A stretch of 64,000 nucleotides of DNA, taken from NCBI GenBank assembly GCA_946965045.2, contig OX337242.1:248001-312000 (forward strand), given 5' to 3'. The DNA comes from Epithemia pelagica (lineage: Eukaryota > Protista > Bacillariophyta). The notes beneath the pieces were generated by a model. It was not told the DNA's origin. It made no database searches and saw only the letters and a list, made by a program, of their open reading frames with translations. The position numbers were made by a program, and so were the translations under genes. The stretch's first letter is position 1, and every line of letters begins with the position of its first letter. Shown one piece after another: positions 57,841 to 64,000 of this stretch.

Positions 57841-58930
57841 GATGGATTCTGTCGTGTTGGTGTTGGTGGTGGAAGGTTTTGTAAGTCGAGGAAAAAAAGT
57901 GAGAACCGAATCGTACTATGTATGCAACTTGATGGAGGAACGTTTGTGGGAGATTCAATCCATTACGAAAATGGGATTGTCAATGACATGTGCATCGGCA
58001 TATTCCATCCTGCATGATTGATGGAGGCCTGTCGCCAAGGTGTCATCACGAAGCAATACCGAGATTGGACGGAATTGCACGGAATCTGTTCCAAGTCCAC
58101 AACATTGGTTGTGTCAATGATTCATGCAACTGCATTTTTCGATAGAAGCATCCTGTCACTGCTCCACTCGACTCGACGACAACCTCCCATCACCTTGTCA
58201 CTCGTGTGTACAGAAGCGAAGATTCATTGATTGGATTCTGTTCCAAGCTTGTTCGCTACTTCACTGCGACACATCATGGTGATTGGTGATTGGTATGGTG
58301 GCGTGGCGAGTGGTGCAAGTGCGTTCCCTCGTTCCCTCACAGCTCACAGAGTTTGACTGGATCGACCGATCCACGACTCAAACGCGGTTGCGTTCCAGCG
58401 ATGCCCGTCGAATCGACAGACAGACCGTCCCGCCAAATTTCACGGGCCCAGGACACTTGCATTCGCGCGAACCCTTCGGAAGGGGTAATCTTCAATTAGA
58501 CAAAGGCAATCTTGGAAATCGCGCGTGCCGAACCGAACGCATGGGGACCGTTCCCCACAAATAGAGGTGCAACGAAAACGAGAAATTTGGAGGGGCGCCG
58601 GCAGAGGCACCACCAACAGAACCACAACAGACAATGGGCAACGAGCAAAACGTAACATCCAACAAGTACCCGTACTACTCGTAATAGAGTACAATTCGAC
58701 ATCGTCACCAAGAAGAATGCCGTGCCAAAAAAGAGAGTGTTACAAATACTGACGGACGATCGGAATACAATAGTCCAGACTTAAGGTTATCTGTGCCACT
58801 TTTCTCTTGTTGGCCGTGGCAGTCACTGACTTGCAAACAGACTTGTGGTCATTCATCATTGTGTATCGCAAACTCCAAAACATCACACCCATTCACTCGC
58901 ACACACACTCACAATTCATAATTGTCTACC

Positions 58931-59863
58931 ATGCGATCCACAACAACGTCCGAACCCTTGCAAATTCCCATTGACAATGGCAAATTGGATCGTTCTCGAC
59001 CCGTCGCCCTCCATCCCTATGTATCAACGTCGGAATGGAAGCAATTGCGTCGCGATCTCAAGGCGGCCTTTGATCCCGGCGTCAAGTTTAATTCGGTCGT
59101 GACCTTTTTTCAAACGACCCACGTCCATGTCGTCTTGACCCTCATGTGGATTGCTCTCTTGGTCTTTTTTGGCGTGTCCACCGGCATGGTCTTTTTTCTA
59201 CTCAGTGCCGTCCTTCTCATTACCAGCAATTGTCTCGCCTTTGCCTATCGGAATTGTTATTTGGAATCCAAAGTCGAACGAAACGTCGATTCCATTATCC
59301 AACAAATCAATACCAGTACGCACAAGGCACTCAGTTGGAAACTCAAATCGGCCCACGATGACGACGTGAGACTGGACCACCATGGGGGCGGCCGCGGCGA
59401 TGGATCCTTGTCCTATGGAGGCGGCGACCATGACGATTTGGATCAGCCTCATCGGACAGCCTCCAAAGCTTCCTTGGTGCCCGTCGATTACATGTTGCAA
59501 GTGCGAATCCACACAAGTTCCACGACGACGACACCCAAAAAAGAAGAGGAAGCGGAACGACGCACCACCCATTATACACGCATGTCGGACCAACCATCCA
59601 ACAACAACAACAACAACAACACGACGGCGACGACTGCCACCACTCCCAAATTGCCCTCCAAACAAGCCACATCCACACGGTCGAACCATTCCAAATTGTT
59701 TTGGTCCAATACCACGACACCCAAAACCAAAAATACCACCACCACCAGCACACCCAAGGCCGATCCCAGTGGAGCCAAATACAATGGTAAACGAGGACGA
59801 CGGCGGCAACCGTCGCCACAACAACAACAAGAAGAAGAGGAGGACGATTTTGAACTGGTCTAG
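58931..59863 (+). CDS. Hypothetical two-TM membrane protein (paralog of 62775-63947)
   Basis: Shares NGKL...P...YxSxxxWKQ..D...AFxPGV, two hydrophobic helices, YRxCY...VERxVD and VPVDY with the 63 kb gene. Confidence 0.7.
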   Translation: MRSTTTSEPLQIPIDNGKLDRSRPVALHPYVSTSEWKQLRRDLKAAFDPGVKFNSVVTFFQTTHVHVVLTLMWIALLVFFGVSTGMVFFLLSAVLLITSNCLAFAYRNCYLESKVERNVDSIIQQINTSTHKALSWKLKSAHDDDVRLDHHGGGRGDGSLSYGGGDHDDLDQPHRTASKASLVPVDYMLQVRIHTSSTTTTPKKEEEAERRTTHYTRMSDQPSNNNNNNNTTATTATTPKLPSKQATSTRSNHSKLFWSNTTTPKTKNTTTTSTPKADPSGAKYNGKRGRRRQPSPQQQQEEEEDDFELV

Positions 59864-60334
59864 TGGGTGACCAACAAACAACAGGAATGGAAGAATACGT
59901 TGCACAGGGGGAGCTTGCTACGGTGCCATGTCTCTTTCTCTTTGAATGCGAGACGTATAGGGGGTTCTTCTTCTTTGGCTATGACTGTCTACAGTATGTG
60001 AATTCCGATCCAAACTACCAGGGGGACGGTACCACCACCAACAAGGCTACACGGAATAGAACTGTCGGGTCTGGGCTAGACAGAATAGAACTGTCGGGTC
60101 TGACGTACACAACGTCATCCTTGTTGCTGTATGAATTGCTAGCTATGATTGTATACGAATGACAGATATACCAATTGCCACCACCATGGTTTCTCTAGGT
60201 AGGTTGTGCAGGTTGCAGTACCCGGGTTTGAGCAATCCAAAAATGACTGTGACCAAAACGCGTCTCAATAAGCGACCGAATCTTTGCCTCTTGCCATCAC
60301 CACGTACAATATTGAAAAGATTGATCCATCCACC

Positions 60335-61630
60335 ATGGCCGTTGTTCGGCACCCCTCCCACCATTCGGCTTTCCTGGTTGCAATAGTCTTTGTTGTGTTA
60401 CACAGTGGAGAGTTTTGGATACGTCAAACTGGTTCGAGGAATGGACCACCAATGGCCATGACGACCGCACTGTCCAACGCACCCTCTCGCCGTCGTGTCT
60501 TGCGAGACGGACTCCTTGGTGCTGGTGGTGCCTCGGCAGTTTCCTGGTGGAGAACGGCACCTCCACCGGCGCATGCCATGGACTACAGCCTGCTCGTCTC
60601 GGCATCATCTTCGTCTCCTCCTCCTCCAACCGCCATGGATCCATTGATTTCGGGCAGCACTGTTCCATCTCCCGCTGAAGTGATTGGTTCCTGGTCACCA
60701 CCACTTTACTCCAAGTTGGGACAATCCCGCATCTTGGCCTCCGAGTTGCGTCCCCTGTCCCAATCCGTTTCTTTATTTGGAAGTGACCCACAAGAATTGT
60801 ATTATGCCCCCTTTTTGTTTGGGACCTGGAAGGTCCGGGCCACCTTGCGTCAAAAGACGTTTCCCTATGGTCGGGCCATGGTGCCCTTTTCGTCCTTGAT
60901 TGAGGGGTCGCCTCGCAATCGAATGGAAACAGTCGACTCGCCCGCCACCACCTATACCATGCGCTACTTTTCCACCTTGGCCAATACCCTCCAAAATCAA
61001 GTCACGGTCCAATTGGGACGCGGCGTGCCCCAGTCCAAAATTATTGCCGATCGAGCCTCCAATGCCATTGCCATTTCCAAGGCCTATCAACAGCTTGTAC
61101 CCATTCAAGATGTGGAATGGGATCCCAGCAAGGATCCCACACGTCTCTCCCTCCTGTTTCCGACCATGACTGACGATTTTCAACCCCTCGGACCACGACG
61201 AGGGCAAGTCTATATTACCGCACGACAATCGGAATCTCCATCATCATCATCATCCACAACAACGAGTAATACCGAACATTGGTTTGCCTGTTCGGAACAA
61301 AGTCGTACCGTGACCGTATCGGCTACGGACGGTGTCACTGTGTCGGATTTGGAATCCAGTACCGAATTTCAACCATCCGCCGGCCATGGCGGCAATCATG
61401 TCCGAGCCTACAATCGACTGGCCGTCTACTTGACACCCAATCCCAATTCTCGGGAAGGTGTCTTGTGGCAACAAGTACAAGGCAAGGCGGTGGCCTTGTA
61501 TGATTACGAACTTGACATGGAACGACAATTGACCGAATTCACCACCGACACTGTCGATGATGCTGGCAAGTCGAGCTCGACTGCTCGTGCCTGTGTCACG
61601 ACACCCAAGGGCTTTGTGCAATGCGAGTAG
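60335..61630 (+). CDS. DUF6816-like protein with probable bipartite plastid/thylakoid-lumen targeting
   Basis: N-terminal signal-like hydrophobic stretch, twin-Arg SRRRVLRDGLL...PAHA, then YYAPFLFGTWKVRATL and IIADRASN. Confidence 0.65.
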   Translation: MAVVRHPSHHSAFLVAIVFVVLHSGEFWIRQTGSRNGPPMAMTTALSNAPSRRRVLRDGLLGAGGASAVSWWRTAPPPAHAMDYSLLVSASSSSPPPPTAMDPLISGSTVPSPAEVIGSWSPPLYSKLGQSRILASELRPLSQSVSLFGSDPQELYYAPFLFGTWKVRATLRQKTFPYGRAMVPFSSLIEGSPRNRMETVDSPATTYTMRYFSTLANTLQNQVTVQLGRGVPQSKIIADRASNAIAISKAYQQLVPIQDVEWDPSKDPTRLSLLFPTMTDDFQPLGPRRGQVYITARQSESPSSSSSTTTSNTEHWFACSEQSRTVTVSATDGVTVSDLESSTEFQPSAGHGGNHVRAYNRLAVYLTPNPNSREGVLWQQVQGKAVALYDYELDMERQLTEFTTDTVDDAGKSSSTARACVTTPKGFVQCE

Positions 61631-62774
61631 CAGTACTTTGTTTATTGGTCTCTACCGGTATGTCACATGGGTGACGTTCTTGAACGCATACAGCCGAGTC
61701 CCTCTCGGTTCCATTGGAATCGGGGGGACAAGGTTGTCCAAGTACGACAGGAATGGATCGTGCAAATTTTCGTCCGTCTCGATTTCAAACCCATGGTCTA
61801 CCATATAAGTACCAGCAGGCGAAGGGTCCCATCGGAACAATAGAAGGTAGTTCCGTATTTTTGGCAAAGAACGCTGTCCTATGGACTCCTTCCAGTCCTT
61901 GCCATGACAGAAATCTACTAGGACTTTTTAGTAGACGATTCCCCCTCATGTATGTCATCAGATTCGGATTGTCTCTAAAATAAGAATTTACCTATTTATA
62001 TAATCTACTAGGACTTTTGACTGTTGTGACCACTAGAGTACCTCTTTCATAGAATAGCATCGGTAGATGGTTCGTCACGCCACATCCAGCGCACCTCATC
62101 TGTACCGGTGCACGTCCATGCTGGATTTTGTGGAATGAGAGAGTCCACCATGGTGGGTGCGCCACGGAGGGATACGAGATGCGCCATTCAACGGTTTGCA
62201 GGGCCACCCACAACTTTGGACGGTGCACCAAACGACATCAGTTGAGCTACTCTTTTATTTAGAGCAACATCCGAAGGGGACTTGTACCCACGATTGCATG
62301 GATTCGGTCATCCAGATCAAGGAGTCATCCTTGTGTGTGTGTGTGTGTGACCCGTTTCTTGTCTGCGAACGAGACAAGGAGGACGACCTCTCTTGGCAAG
62401 CCACTGAAAGAACCCGTAGCAAGGAGACCATGATAGGCGTGACACCGGTTTACAAGAGAGTATAATCTGTATTCATGTTAGTATAAAGCCTATTCTGTTT
62501 CACCTACACGTTTCCCTGGAATACTCCAATACCAATGACTTCCAGAGTTCGTTCGTTGTAGATTCATTGTGGAAGAGGATAAACAGACTCTCCTTGTTTC
62601 AGTCATGGGGGACGATCGACTGACTTGTGTTCGTCTCGGTCCGCACAGCTTACTTCTACGAAATGGGTTTGTAATATAATATATCAACACACCAGTGTAC
62701 AACTTGTGGTGAAGGAATGCATATCCCTCCTTTTGCGACACACTCAAAACAATCATAGCGACGACAATCGTTGT

Positions 62775-63947
62775 CTATTCCACGTAGAGTTCTTCGTCCA
62801 TACCCTCTCCTTCGTACTTGCGATTCTTCTTCTTTTTGGACCGACTCTTTTTGCTCCGACTGTCATTTCGTACAATATACTGCTCTTCCTCCATTCGGTT
62901 GTATCCCATTTCTTCATCCATATCGTAGGATGCGCGATGATGGCTGAGACTTTTGCGTTTGGAGGGAGATTTCTTTCGAGATCGTCCTTCTCGGGACTCG
63001 TCCTGTGGGTGATCCCCCTTGTGTCGTCGATCTTGTTTCGGGTTACCTTCACGTTCTTCAGGATATATATCCTCTTCGCGCTCTTCTGGCATGCGAGCAT
63101 AGTATCCTTCTCCGTTTTCTTCGTCCTGCGACTGACCTCGTCGCTTCTTCTTTCGAGAGGCAACGCTTTTTCGCGACTTTTCCTCCACTGCATCTGGATT
63201 GTTCTTTTTCTTTTTCCAATATTTCCGACTTTGCCGATCCAAATGGTCCTCCAAACCTTTGCGAACCTTGGGAGGACTCGATTGTTTTCGTTCCGCCTTT
63301 CCTGGCTGTCCATCATTGGGGGTTTCGCCGCCGCTGGCATCGATTTCTTGTAGGGGACTGTACAAACTGGAATGCAAATGCGCCTGCACGGCATCAGTCC
63401 ACACATGAAGAATGTAATCGACCGGGACATAGGCACGCGATCGTGTCGAAGGAGCGTCCGTCTCAAAGCCTTTCATGGGCTTGAGTCGAAATCTGACAAT
63501 CTTGTTGGATTTTTCATTGTATTTCTTCAAGATATTGTCCACGTCCCGTTCCACCAAGGTATCCACATAACAGATCCGGTACGTAAAGGCAACACACGAA
63601 CTCATGGCATAAAAGGCGAAAATGGATAACATGGTCACAAAGGCGACGGAAAAATTGACCAAAAAGGCGAGTCCCACCACCAACGCCACCTCTGCCACCA
63701 ACATGTAGATGGTGGTCAAAAAATAGCCAATGTTATTGTATTGGACTCCCGGTCGAAAGGCTTGTTCGATATCCTTTTTGAATTGTTTCCAGTCCTTGAC
63801 AGAAAGATACAGCTGGATTCCTTTGGGTTGACTGCCTTCCAATTTCCCATTGGCGATCCGCAGCTTGATTTTGTTCACACCCGAACTCATTGTGAGATCA
63901 TCATAGTCCTTGGTGCGACTTCTTGCTCTCGACGCGGTCGACTTCAT
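62775..63947 (-). CDS. Hypothetical two-TM membrane protein with charged C-tail (paralog of 58931-59863)
   Basis: ATG 63947; same conserved blocks as the 59 kb gene; K/R/E-rich tail. Confidence 0.7.
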   Translation of the reverse strand: MKSTASRARSRTKDYDDLTMSSGVNKIKLRIANGKLEGSQPKGIQLYLSVKDWKQFKKDIEQAFRPGVQYNNIGYFLTTIYMLVAEVALVVGLAFLVNFSVAFVTMLSIFAFYAMSSCVAFTYRICYVDTLVERDVDNILKKYNEKSNKIVRFRLKPMKGFETDAPSTRSRAYVPVDYILHVWTDAVQAHLHSSLYSPLQEIDASGGETPNDGQPGKAERKQSSPPKVRKGLEDHLDRQSRKYWKKKKNNPDAVEEKSRKSVASRKKKRRGQSQDEENGEGYYARMPEEREEDIYPEEREGNPKQDRRHKGDHPQDESREGRSRKKSPSKRKSLSHHRASYDMDEEMGYNRMEEEQYIVRNDSRSKKSRSKKKKNRKYEGEGMDEELYVE

Positions 63948-64000
63948 GGTGATCGCTCGCCTGTTGTCTCCCTCGAGTCGTTCTCTCTCTCTCTCTACAA

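Noticed and set aside
60054-60102. 20-bp direct repeat GAATAGAACTGTCGGGTCTG x2
   Set aside because: Local duplication in intergenic DNA with no further structure.

Overview
Eukaryotic genomic DNA, most likely from a diatom. This is inferred from CoDi-type copia motifs, a bipartite-targeted plastid protein, short GT-AG introns and (AAC)n/(TC)n-rich genes; no species is assigned. The first ~33 kb is a nest of mobile DNA: (i) a Ty3/gypsy element (2120-7989; 204-bp LTRs, TSD CATAT) inside a 240-bp TA-flanked MITE; (ii) a PIF/Harbinger element (8252-11261, TSD TTA); (iii) a hAT element (17184-30036; 14-bp perfect TIRs, 8-bp TSD CATTGATC); (iv) two further non-autonomous TIR elements. Besides its transposase, the hAT encodes an intact endonuclease III/NTH1-like HhH-GPD DNA glycosylase, and a Ty1/copia element with non-canonical terminal repeats sits inside its left TIR. 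Host genes in this part are a TPR-like protein, methylcrotonyl-CoA carboxylase beta and an HSF-domain protein. The second half is gene-dense: a PPR protein, POP4/Rpp29, a 3-exon amino-acid transporter, a gene plus its pseudogenised tandem copy separated by a ~445-bp palindrome, an NT5C-like HAD phosphatase, a Crinkler-type REase+kinase protein, a DUF6816-like plastid protein and a pair of inverted membrane-protein paralogs. The top candidate for a novel system is the hAT transposon carrying its own base-excision DNA glycosylase. All family assignments come from motif recognition by eye, not database searches.
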